Below are positions 34,784 to 43,303 of a DNA stretch of 45,933 bases, in pieces. The stretch is from positions 1 through 45,933 of the forward strand of contig JBBDZE010000008.1 in assembly GCA_040900345.1 (NCBI GenBank), given 5' to 3'. The notes below the pieces were generated by a model. It worked only from the letters and a program-made list of their open reading frames with translations. It did no database searches and had not been told where the DNA came from. Position numbers and translations under genes: made by a program. Origin of the DNA: Candidatus Spechtbacterales bacterium. Its GTDB lineage: Bacteria; Patescibacteriota; Minisyncoccia; Spechtbacterales; 2-12-FULL-38-22. Position 1 is the stretch's first letter. Each line of letters opens with the position of its first letter.

Positions 34784-36001
34784 ATGCGTTGGAAACACAT
34801 CTCGATAAAGAAAAAAGGGTTATGGTTTGTCCTTGGCGTTGAGGCCGTCTTTGTTTTGGCGCTTGTTCTCGTTGGGGTGTCTTTCCCTATAGATAAGGAA
34901 AAGACGGCAGCGGAAGAGGCATCCTTGGCAATATACGCAGAGGGAGTGATTGAGGCATGCAGCAGCGTTCGGTACCGGCCGGCCTGCTACGATGAAGAAA
35001 TTCCCAAGCTCATGGATGCTCTGTCCATGGAAGAAGCATTTGCTGTAACCAAGCTCGTGCAAGAACAGGATGAGTCGTACTGGTACTGCCATGTGTTGGC
35101 CCATGCATTAGGAGCGCGCGAAACGGCAAAAGATCCTTCCCGGTGGATAGACGTCATTGCGCGGGTGCCAAGTCACATGTGTTCAAATGGCGGCATCCAT
35201 GGAGCGTTTCAAGAACGGTTTCGATCAGAAACGCTTGCACCAGAAGAAGTAGAGCGGGTATTGCCGGATCTGCAAAAGGCATGCGAGCCGCGTCCCTCAT
35301 GGAGTCCCACCAGCATGGAGCAGGCAACCTGCTACCATGCGCTCGGTCATCTCGCCATGTATATTACCGGAGGAGATATTCACCGGGCGGTGGCAGTATG
35401 CGAGGATGTTGCACGGCAGACGAGTGCGGATTTTACCCCGTTGTGCTACGACGGGGCCTTTATGCAGATTTTTCAACCGCTTGAGCCGGAAGACTTTGCT
35501 CTTATTGAGGGCAAACAGCCCGCCAAAGAAGAACTTGCGTCATATTGCCATCAATTCTCAGGGGCGCAGTACGCGTCCTGTTGGAGCGAAGGGTGGCCGC
35601 TCTATTCGGCCGAAATACAGAATGCTGACGGCCTGACAGCATTCTGTTCGGCCGTTCCTGAAGGACCCGATCGAAACCTGTGCTTTACCGACATATTTTA
35701 CGTGCTGACGGCTCAGTTCGAGTTCGATCATGCCAGTATCGTGGGATTGTGTAGCAGCATGCCGGAAGCGCGTAAGGGGCAATGTTTTGCCAGCGCTGCA
35801 TCGCGCTTTATTGAGACGGATGCACAGCTTACCGATCGGGCAGTAGCGCTTTGTGCGGCAGCAACCCGAGAGACGGAGCAAAGAAAATGCTACGAAGAAC
35901 TCGTATTTTACGCCTCATATAATTTTAAAAAAGGGTCAAAGGAATTCGAGCATCTCTGTGGCAGCCTTCCGATGTCTTATCGAGAAGGGTGCTATCGTTA
36001 G
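34784..36001 (+). CDS. CHR-family protein, paralog 5
   Basis: ATG lies 8 nt after the upstream stop (a TTG at 34766 is also possible). TM anchor LWFVLGVEAVFVLALVLVGV; YCHVLAHALGARE, MCSNGGIHGAF, TCYHALGHLAMY, LCYDGAFMQIF, plus 5 further Cys pairs. Confidence 0.8.
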   Translation: MRWKHISIKKKGLWFVLGVEAVFVLALVLVGVSFPIDKEKTAAEEASLAIYAEGVIEACSSVRYRPACYDEEIPKLMDALSMEEAFAVTKLVQEQDESYWYCHVLAHALGARETAKDPSRWIDVIARVPSHMCSNGGIHGAFQERFRSETLAPEEVERVLPDLQKACEPRPSWSPTSMEQATCYHALGHLAMYITGGDIHRAVAVCEDVARQTSADFTPLCYDGAFMQIFQPLEPEDFALIEGKQPAKEELASYCHQFSGAQYASCWSEGWPLYSAEIQNADGLTAFCSAVPEGPDRNLCFTDIFYVLTAQFEFDHASIVGLCSSMPEARKGQCFASAASRFIETDAQLTDRAVALCAAATRETEQRKCYEELVFYASYNFKKGSKEFEHLCGSLPMSYREGCYR

Positions 36002-36004
36002 GCT

Positions 36005-37537
36005 ATGAATAACAGAAAGAAAAAAAACGAGTTAGGGAAGAAAATGGAGACGGCGCTGAAGCGCTATAAGCGTTGGGGCGTGGCTGTGAGCATTATTTTG
36101 GGAGTGGCTAGTGGTGCTGCGCTTATTTTTGCAGCACCATTCTGGGGGGCGCAGGAATATCACGTTGAGCTGCGCGAAGATGGGTTCTATCCCGAGGAGC
36201 TTTCGGTGCAGGTAGGCGATACCGTAACCTTTAGCACAAGCAGGGGGCAGCTCTTTTGGCCTGCTTCGGCTCTTCATCCAGATCATTCTATTTATCCTGA
36301 GTTTGATCCTCAGCAGCCGATTAACCCCGGAAACTCCTGGAGTTTTCGCTTTGAAAAAGAAGGGAGATGGAAGTATCATGATCATCTCCATCCCAATTAT
36401 TCAGGAGTCATCACCGTAGGCACCTCTGGCAGCAGTATCGTGGCGCTCGCCCAGAATTGTGTCGAGGTCTCTCGGGACCAAAAAATGGCCTGCTGGGACC
36501 AGCAGCTGGAGGCGACGCTTAAGGCAGAAGGATTGGACGCAGCATTTGATTTATTTGTTCATCTCTACCAAACAGAGCCTGATATTCCTAAGGCCTGCCA
36601 CGAATGGGGGCACGTTTTGGGGGAGGCCGCGTACGATTTATATATGAGCGACGAAGATTTTAAACTCGTTCCAGAAACGGCCTACTGCGGATACGGTTTT
36701 TATCATGGATTTTTGGAAGAATTTGTCCGGGATACGGGAGGAAATTTCGCTGAGATACAGCAGTTCTGCACCTCAGTGTCGGAAGAACTAGGCGAGCAGC
36801 TCTTCTCAGTATACCGAAACTGTGTGCACGGCGTAGGTCACGGGACGACCGCCTGGATTTTGGAGGACCCTTCGTATTGGGGTGACTTTCAAAAGGTGGC
36901 AGATGCAGGTCTTGGCGTTTGTGAAGATACCTTTGGAGGAACAAATGAGATCCGTGACTGCTATGACGGCGTATTCAATGAGCTCTATCTCGATGTACTG
37001 AATAGTCAGTACCGGTTCAACTTTACGCAGTTTAAAACGATGGGCGATCCGTTTTGGTATTGCAGAAGGGTAGCTGAGCGGCACAAAGAGTCGTGTTACT
37101 TTGAGTTTATTGGTCTTACCTATACTTTTTTCAACTATGACGTGAAGGCAGCAACGCGTTATTTTCTAGACACGGTGGATAATCTGGAAGAGTACGGAGA
37201 CACGACCATAGGAAAGCTTGCAGCTGATTATATGCAATTCGACATTGTCAAAGATAGTCATGAACCAAACGTTGAGGCATGCAGAATGGTCCCCGGATAT
37301 CTGTTCCAGGATTGTTTCTTTGGTATTACAAACGGTTTTATACAGCATGGGGAGCCGGAAAATATGCACGAGAAAGGGCTGCATTTTTGCGGGGAGGGCT
37401 ATTTAACAGCGAGAGAAAAAACACTGTGCTACCAGAATATGTTCGGGCTTCTACGGGCAAACTATAGCACAGAAAAGCTTAGGCAGGTTTGTTCAACGGT
37501 AGGCGCAGAAGTGTGGCGCTCATACTGTCCACTCTAA
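36005..37537 (+). CDS. Fusion protein: signal anchor plus HCu cupredoxin-like domain plus CHR module (paralog 6)
   Basis: GFYPEELSVQVGDTVTFSTSRGQLFWPASALHPDHSIYPEFDPQQPINPGNSWSFRFEKEGRWKYHDHLHPNYSGVITVG is followed by ACHEWGHVLGEAAYDLY, AYCGYGFYHGFLEEF, NCVHGVGHGTTAW, DCYDGVFNELY... Confidence 0.85.
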   Translation: MNNRKKKNELGKKMETALKRYKRWGVAVSIILGVASGAALIFAAPFWGAQEYHVELREDGFYPEELSVQVGDTVTFSTSRGQLFWPASALHPDHSIYPEFDPQQPINPGNSWSFRFEKEGRWKYHDHLHPNYSGVITVGTSGSSIVALAQNCVEVSRDQKMACWDQQLEATLKAEGLDAAFDLFVHLYQTEPDIPKACHEWGHVLGEAAYDLYMSDEDFKLVPETAYCGYGFYHGFLEEFVRDTGGNFAEIQQFCTSVSEELGEQLFSVYRNCVHGVGHGTTAWILEDPSYWGDFQKVADAGLGVCEDTFGGTNEIRDCYDGVFNELYLDVLNSQYRFNFTQFKTMGDPFWYCRRVAERHKESCYFEFIGLTYTFFNYDVKAATRYFLDTVDNLEEYGDTTIGKLAADYMQFDIVKDSHEPNVEACRMVPGYLFQDCFFGITNGFIQHGEPENMHEKGLHFCGEGYLTAREKTLCYQNMFGLLRANYSTEKLRQVCSTVGAEVWRSYCPL

Positions 37538-39060
37538 TGGGGAACCCTTGGATGCGAATGCGCTTATTCCCAACAGCATTGGCAAAAATACGTACACGAG
37601 GAAGGGGTACCGCTCTTGCTACGCTAGGGGTTTTTGTTCTTGCCCTTCTGGTAGTTGCTTTTGCGCTCATTGCTCGACACGCTACGCCTACGGTGTCCCT
37701 CTCTCCTGAGGGCTTTGTGCCTCGTGAACTGACTATTCAGCTTGGCGATACCGTGACGTTTGTCAATAAAAGCAATCGCCCCATCTGGCCCGCTTCCAAC
37801 ATCCATCCCGACCACTCCATCTACCCAGAGTTTGACCCCAAGCGTCCCTTAGAACCCGGCGAAGAATGGTCGTTTACCTTCACCAAAGAAGGAAGGTGGC
37901 GCTTCCATGACCATCTTAACTCGCTCCATGAAGGAGTAGTTACGGTGGGGGATGGCACGGCGACACGAGAGGGGGAGGATGGCCGGTGCGATGACGCCGC
38001 CAATAAAGTGGCGTGCTGGGGCGAGCGCGTTGAGTATGCTCTCGCCGGTAATAATGTAGAAGCAGCTTTCAATGTGGTAGCCGAGCTCTATGAAAAAGAG
38101 CCCCAGCTTGCCGGAGGCTGTCATGGCTATGCGCATCTCATTGGCGAAAAAGCATATGACCTTTTCTCTCAAGGGTATGACTTTGAGCTGACGCCAAAGA
38201 CGGCATACTGCGGGTACGGCTTTTTCCACGGCTTCATGGAAACGTTGTTGCATACGACGGGGGATCTTGCGGAGGCGCGTGCCTTTTGTGCCTACGTTAA
38301 TGAGAAGCTTCGCTACGTATCAAGCGGAGCGGCCAGCGCATGTAACCACGGCATCGGGCACGGGGCGGTAGATGGCAGCGATCCGCGGGCGTGGGGAGAT
38401 CCCTATGCCATGATGAAGCCGGGGATGGACTTGTGCCGTGCGCTCGCAAAAGAGGACAAGCCCTCGTATGGCAGCCCGCTGTATCTGTGCATCACGGGGG
38501 TCTATAACGCCCTTGAAATACTTTCAATGGATGATCGATACCGCCTTGAAGCTTTACGAGAAGACCCGTTTGCTTTTTGCGAGCGAGAACAGGTTGCGTA
38601 TCAAGAAGGATGCTACACCAACATGCTACCCGCGCTCTTGCGCCTAACGAATAACGACGTTATGCAAAGCGCCCGCCTCGTCGAGGCCATACCCGAGGAA
38701 GGCGACAGCTACGAAATCCGTAGCCTCGTTATACTTTCGCTTACCCATGAATATATTCGTCTGCACATGAACGACGCAAACTACACAGAAGAGGGGATCG
38801 CTCTGTGTCGGCAGCTTGCCGATCGCTCACACCTTCCGTGTATTCGCGGTCTCTCCGGCGGGCATATGAAATATGGAAAGCCGGGGGAAGAATACGTAAA
38901 GATGATTGCTTTTTGCACAACGCCAACCATGCGCCCCGACGAGCGCGATGCCTGTTTTGAATATGTCTTTCCGTTATTGCGTCTTTGGTACCCGCAAGGA
39001 AAAGTGGAAGAAATCTGCACCCGTGTCGAACTGCCCTATCGTTCGTACTGCCCCCGATAG
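37537..39060 (+). CDS. Fusion protein: signal anchor plus HCu domain plus CHR module (paralog 7)
   Basis: TAATG stop/start overlap at 37535-37539. GFVPRELTIQLGDTVTFVNKSNRPIWPASNIHPDHSIYPEFDPKRPLEPGEEWSFTFTKEGRWRFHDHLNSLHEGVVTVG is followed by GCHGYAHLIGEKAYDLF, AYCGYGFFHGFMETL, ACNHGIGHGAVDG, LCITGVYNALE... Confidence 0.85.
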   Translation: MGNPWMRMRLFPTALAKIRTRGRGTALATLGVFVLALLVVAFALIARHATPTVSLSPEGFVPRELTIQLGDTVTFVNKSNRPIWPASNIHPDHSIYPEFDPKRPLEPGEEWSFTFTKEGRWRFHDHLNSLHEGVVTVGDGTATREGEDGRCDDAANKVACWGERVEYALAGNNVEAAFNVVAELYEKEPQLAGGCHGYAHLIGEKAYDLFSQGYDFELTPKTAYCGYGFFHGFMETLLHTTGDLAEARAFCAYVNEKLRYVSSGAASACNHGIGHGAVDGSDPRAWGDPYAMMKPGMDLCRALAKEDKPSYGSPLYLCITGVYNALEILSMDDRYRLEALREDPFAFCEREQVAYQEGCYTNMLPALLRLTNNDVMQSARLVEAIPEEGDSYEIRSLVILSLTHEYIRLHMNDANYTEEGIALCRQLADRSHLPCIRGLSGGHMKYGKPGEEYVKMIAFCTTPTMRPDERDACFEYVFPLLRLWYPQGKVEEICTRVELPYRSYCPR

Positions 39061-39161
39061 CGTTGGCAGCACCCGTGGGTAGGGGTTTAAGAGAAAAAGG
39101 GCCTATGCTATGCTGAAAAAATAAATTCGCTTTTATAGACAAACACACTACTCATAAAGCT

Positions 39162-39707
39162 ATGCGAGAAGGAGCACTGTTTCTTATCACCGTTACCCTT
39201 ATGACCATTGGCACAGCGCTCATGGTGCTTCCTCAGGGGGTATTTGCTCACGGCACCGGCGCCTCCTTCGAAGCAGACGTCGATCAGTACCGGATTGATG
39301 TCGGCTATGAGCCGGAACAGATGAGCGTCGACATCGCTACGCTCTTTGATTTTTTACTGCAGGATCGGCAGACGGGCGAAGACGTAGCCTTTAGCGACGT
39401 GTGGGTGCGCATCTCCCAAGGCAACCAAACAGTGTTTGCGAGCGGGGTTGCACGTCCAAGGTTTGGGACCACCACGTTAACCTACCTCTTCCCACGAGCA
39501 GGGAGCTACGAGCTGTCGGTTCGGTTCCAAAATCAGGGAGAAGCGATTGTTGAAAGTACCTTCCCCCTTACCGTCAAGGAGGGTGTCAGCGATATCAAAA
39601 CACTATCAGAAAAGAAATCTACGATTCTCCCCGTGACACTTGCTTTTGCCGGTGGGGCAGTGATCGCAGGGGCAGCCACCCTGTTTATGCGACGCCCCAA
39701 GAAATAG
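39162..39707 (+). CDS. Exported beta-rich protein with a predicted N-terminal His after signal cleavage and a C-terminal TM anchor (uncharacterised)
   Basis: The signal peptide ...LMVLPQGVFA|HGTGASFEADVDQYRIDVGYEP would leave His as residue 1. The body has alternating beta-strand-like sequence. The C-terminus is ILPVTLAFAGGAVIAGAATLFMRRPKK. Confidence 0.7.
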   Translation: MREGALFLITVTLMTIGTALMVLPQGVFAHGTGASFEADVDQYRIDVGYEPEQMSVDIATLFDFLLQDRQTGEDVAFSDVWVRISQGNQTVFASGVARPRFGTTTLTYLFPRAGSYELSVRFQNQGEAIVESTFPLTVKEGVSDIKTLSEKKSTILPVTLAFAGGAVIAGAATLFMRRPKK

Positions 39708-39725
39708 CGTAATCAAGGGGGTACT

Positions 39726-40175
39726 ATGCATACAAAAAATCTTGCTATTATTGGTCTTCTCATTCTGATTGCAACGGCTATCGCTCTTGGGGTGGTTCTT
39801 ATGGTGCGTCCTGAGCAGAGCGGGGACCTCAGCGCAGGCAAGGATGCCGATCAGCAAACACGAGAGCGTCACCCAGGCTTTGCAATTGATGCCTCCGCCG
39901 CGCAGGAACGTATTCGCATTACCCAGGAGGGATTTTTTCCGGAGGAGATTACCGTACAGCGAGGAGATAGTGTTGTCTGGATAAATGAAGCGAGCGAGTA
40001 TCGCTGGCCCGCCTCGAACCTGCATCCTACCCATTCAATCTATGCCGAATTCGATCCACTTGAGCCGCTTGCTCCCGGAGAGAGTTGGAGCTTTCGGTTC
40101 GAACAAGAGGGAAGCTGGCAGTACCATGACCATTTGCGTCCCAGTAAGGAGGGGGTAATCATTGTGGAGGGGTAG
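39726..40175 (+). CDS. Stand-alone HCu cupredoxin-like protein, copy 2
   Basis: SD-like AAGGGGG upstream. TM anchor LAIIGLLILIATAIALGVVLMV; GFFPEEITVQRGDSVVWINEASEYRWPASNLHPTHSIYAEFDPLEPLAPGESWSFRFEQEGSWQYHDHLRPSKEGVIIVE. Confidence 0.8.
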   Translation: MHTKNLAIIGLLILIATAIALGVVLMVRPEQSGDLSAGKDADQQTRERHPGFAIDASAAQERIRITQEGFFPEEITVQRGDSVVWINEASEYRWPASNLHPTHSIYAEFDPLEPLAPGESWSFRFEQEGSWQYHDHLRPSKEGVIIVEG

Positions 40176-40278
40176 TGCGCGCACGTTTCTACACGTTTGT
40201 CGATGAACGTGGTAGTATATAAATAATTATTGTAGCGGGGCCAGTGACATTTTACGTGGCTTCCGCTATGGATATCGT

Positions 40279-40806
40279 ATGAAAAAGGAAAACTTATTTT
40301 TTGCCGTTGCTATACTTGTTTTGGCGGGGGTTGCCGTTGCGCTAGGATACGCGATTTATCAAACAAGCGTGGGAGGAAATAACGCCACGGATGAAGACGC
40401 TCCTTCCGGTAATGGCCAAACGAACGAAACGCTTACCGATGAAGAAATTGTTCTTCAGCCGCCCCAGGAAGACGCAAGTCCCGAAGAAAAAGATGCTCAT
40501 TTTTCCGCGGCTCAACGTATTGCGGTGGAAGGAAATTCGGTAACGCTTACTGAGTGCAAGGCCGATCCGCTCGTGTTAGCGCTGAGCATGGATGACCGCA
40601 TTACCCTGGTCAATGAAAGCGACGTTGCGATAGAAATAAGTCGTGATGCAGGCGTATTTCTGTACCGTGTGCCGGCAAACGACTCCCGAACAGTTGAGAC
40701 GGACTTCGCAGTACACGGGAATGGCCTGTATGGTTACCGTTGTGGGGCGGAGGAAAATGATGCGTTCGGTGATGGAGTGGGCGGTTTCTTCTTGATTGGA
40801 GGATAA
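40279..40806 (+). CDS. Signal-anchored protein with an acidic linker and a degenerate cupredoxin-like beta-sandwich (no HPxH/HxH motifs)
   Basis: TM anchor LFFAVAILVLAGVAVALGYAIY; EGNSVTLTECKADPLVLALSMDDRITLVNESDVAIEI...YRVPANDSRTVETDF...GLYGYRCG resembles the Cupredoxin_1-type strand pattern. Confidence 0.55.
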   Translation: MKKENLFFAVAILVLAGVAVALGYAIYQTSVGGNNATDEDAPSGNGQTNETLTDEEIVLQPPQEDASPEEKDAHFSAAQRIAVEGNSVTLTECKADPLVLALSMDDRITLVNESDVAIEISRDAGVFLYRVPANDSRTVETDFAVHGNGLYGYRCGAEENDAFGDGVGGFFLIGG

Positions 40807-40819
40807 TTTTAGCGATTGC

Positions 40820-40855
40820 AAACAACGCCTTTTTGGAAAAGGCGTTGTTTTTGTT
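40820..40855 (+). terminator. Rho-independent terminator
   Basis: AACAACGCCTTTT-tgg-AAAAGGCGTTGTT followed by TTTTG, 15 nt after the stop of 40279..40806. Confidence 0.75.
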
Positions 40856-41247
40856 GGGGAGGGCGAGCCAAAGGCATTGCCAGGACAGTGAGTTGATTTT
40901 TCTTACGGTAGGACTGACGCAGAGCTATGTCTGCACCTGAAATATGCTATACTCTCAGAAAACAGCCATGAGACAGCAGGTGCTTGATATATGCATGGGG
41001 CGGTTGCGGTAGGTTGTGGGGCTCAACCGGCCCTTGTGTATGCTTCTAAAATGCATCGCATCGGTATCAAGGAGGAGGGCTTTTGCCTTCCGACAGTACC
41101 GTCTTGCGAGGGGATTCAACTACCTTTGTCCACGAAGGGGCGCGTCTACTGGCCGGCTCCCATGTGCACCCTGTTCATCAAATTTTCCTGGAGCCTGACT
41201 CGCGCACGTCGTGCCGTGCGGGTGCGCATACCATCTCCTAAATCCTT

Positions 41248-42786
41248 ATGCGTCCTATCTTTTTTCTTGCCAGCCTGAGCCTGTTCCTGGGTATGCCCCT
41301 TGTTGCCGCAGCGCATACCGGCGACACCGAAGGGGCGGTTATCCATATGGACGAAAGCGGGTATCGTCCCGCAGACGTTACCATACCGCAAGGGGAAACG
41401 GTAACATTCGAAAACGTCGCCGGACACTCCTGGCCGGCTTCCAATATCCACCCCACGCACCGGGCGTATCCTGAGTCGGGACTCGACCAATGCGGTACCA
41501 GCGAAGAAGAAAAAGCATTTGACGCGTGCCGCGCGCTTGCGCCAGGAGAGTCCTATACCTTTCGGTTCGTGCATGCCGGCGAGTGGCGCTACCATGATCA
41601 CCTTGATCCGCGCCTCAAGGGCACGATAATCGTTACCGCCGTTGAAGGGTTCGCCGAGGCACAGAGCACCGAGGACGAAGCGAAGCACAGCATCTGGCGG
41701 GCAGTAGGGGACTTTTTGGGTGGCACGTGGAGCTGGCTTACGGGTCTTTTTACGGAAGAACCAGATACGCCTGAAGGCATCACCTATCGGGAAGATATTA
41801 CGAGGGATGCCGATATCTTAGCGGGGGGCGCGGGAAGTGAGAGTATACTGTACTCGTACGTTCGAAAGTTCGGACCAGCGGCGGCCACAAAGCGTGCCAA
41901 CGAGCTGCAGGCCCACTACGGGAGCTGCCATCAAGCGGCGCATGATATCGGTAAGTACGCCTATCTGCTGGAAGGAGCGAAGGCGTTTCAGTCCTGTAGC
42001 GCCGAGTGTCATTCGGGCTGCTATCACGGGGCCACCGAAAATTACTTCCGCGACCAGGGCACGGCGAACCTTATCCAGAATATAAGCGTCATATGCAGCA
42101 GCGACCTCAATCCCTTTTTCTCTCATCAGTGCGTGCATGGTATCGGGCATGGGCTGATGGCCTGGGCAGATTATGACATTTTCGAAGCACTCGAAAACTG
42201 TAGCAGGTTGCCCAACTTACGCGAGTCCTGCTACACGGGTGCCTATATGGAAAACATCGTTGGCGGCCTTGCTTTCGATCAGGGACACATTACCGAGTAT
42301 CTAAGCGACGATCCCCACATGCCATGTAATGTTGTTGATGAGCCGTATAAATCTTCGTGCTACTTTTATCAAACATCCCGGATGGTGCAGCTGTTTGCGG
42401 GGGACTTTGGCAAGGTTGCAGACGCGTGTCTTGAGGCGCCAAAACAGTACCACGCTGTGTGCTTTCAGAGTATGGGGCGCGATGCAAGCGGACGGCACCC
42501 CGATCCGTCCGACGCCATTGCCGCATGCCGAAATGCGCCGGCCGGGACGAGCCAAACACAGTGCTTCATTGGGATTGCGCAAAATGCGCTGTGGGATGAA
42601 AGCGGGCAGGACGACGCCCTCGCATTGTGCGGTGCATTTGCAAATACCGAAGAGGAGGCGGTTTGTTACGGGACGCTTTTTGCGCGCGCCCCCGATGTTT
42701 TTTCAAGCGCAAGCAAACAGCGTGCCTTTTGCGATAAAATGAAACAGCCCTACCGCGACCAGTGTTATGCGCAGGCAGAGATTTGA
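41248..42786 (+). CDS. Secreted fusion protein: signal peptide plus HCu domain (with a Cys-containing insert) plus CHR module (paralog 8)
   Basis: Signal MRPIFFLASLSLFLGMPLVAAA|HTGD. GYRPADVTIPQGETVTFENVAGHSWPASNIHPTHRAYPE...GESYTFRFVHAGEWRYHDHLDPRLKGTIIVT is followed by SCHQAAHDIGKYAYLLE, CSAECHSGCYHGATENY, QCVHGIGHGLMAW, SCYTGAYMENI... Confidence 0.85.
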   Translation: MRPIFFLASLSLFLGMPLVAAAHTGDTEGAVIHMDESGYRPADVTIPQGETVTFENVAGHSWPASNIHPTHRAYPESGLDQCGTSEEEKAFDACRALAPGESYTFRFVHAGEWRYHDHLDPRLKGTIIVTAVEGFAEAQSTEDEAKHSIWRAVGDFLGGTWSWLTGLFTEEPDTPEGITYREDITRDADILAGGAGSESILYSYVRKFGPAAATKRANELQAHYGSCHQAAHDIGKYAYLLEGAKAFQSCSAECHSGCYHGATENYFRDQGTANLIQNISVICSSDLNPFFSHQCVHGIGHGLMAWADYDIFEALENCSRLPNLRESCYTGAYMENIVGGLAFDQGHITEYLSDDPHMPCNVVDEPYKSSCYFYQTSRMVQLFAGDFGKVADACLEAPKQYHAVCFQSMGRDASGRHPDPSDAIAACRNAPAGTSQTQCFIGIAQNALWDESGQDDALALCGAFANTEEEAVCYGTLFARAPDVFSSASKQRAFCDKMKQPYRDQCYAQAEI

Positions 42787-42878
42787 TAATCTCCATGAGG
42801 TTATCCACCCTCTCTGGTTTGTGTAGCGAGAACTTCACGGTATAATAACGGTATACAAGAGGCACTATCTTTGTTCCT

Positions 42879-43301
42879 GTGATGTCTATCAAAACCATTA
42901 GTGTTGTCATTATTGTTGGCGTCGTAGCGTTGGTTTTGGCATGGGCGTTTTGGTTGAAGGGCGATACACCCGCCGAAGATGCTACCGACACCAACCAAGA
43001 GGAAACCATTGCCGGCGCCGAAAACAGCTCGATTATTATTCGCATGACGAGCAGGGGGTTTGAACCCAGCGAAGCCACCATCAAAAAGGGCGACTCGGTT
43101 GTCTGGATGAATGCCGACGACGAAGACCGCTGGCCGGCATCCGATACCCATCCTACTCACACGATCTATCCGGGCTTTGATCCGCAACAGCCCATTGCAG
43201 AGGGCGAAAGCTGGATTTTTGTTTTTGACCGTGTCGGCACGTGGGGCTTCCATGAGCATCTCAATCCAAGTTTGGGCGGCACAATAACGGTAACGGACTA
43301 A
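42879..43301 (+). CDS. Stand-alone HCu cupredoxin-like protein, copy 3
   Basis: TM anchor VVIIVGVVALVLAWAFWL; GFEPSEATIKKGDSVVWMNADDEDRWPASDTHPTHTIYPGFDPQQPIAEGESWIFVFDRVGTWGFHEHLNPSLGGTITVT. Confidence 0.8.
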   Translation: MMSIKTISVVIIVGVVALVLAWAFWLKGDTPAEDATDTNQEETIAGAENSSIIIRMTSRGFEPSEATIKKGDSVVWMNADDEDRWPASDTHPTHTIYPGFDPQQPIAEGESWIFVFDRVGTWGFHEHLNPSLGGTITVTD

Positions 43302-43303
43302 CA

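Noticed and set aside
37489-37536. Upstream extension of the 37537..39060 fusion gene
   Set aside because: The TAATG stop/start overlap at 37535-37539 is the more typical coupled junction. The choice has little effect on the protein.
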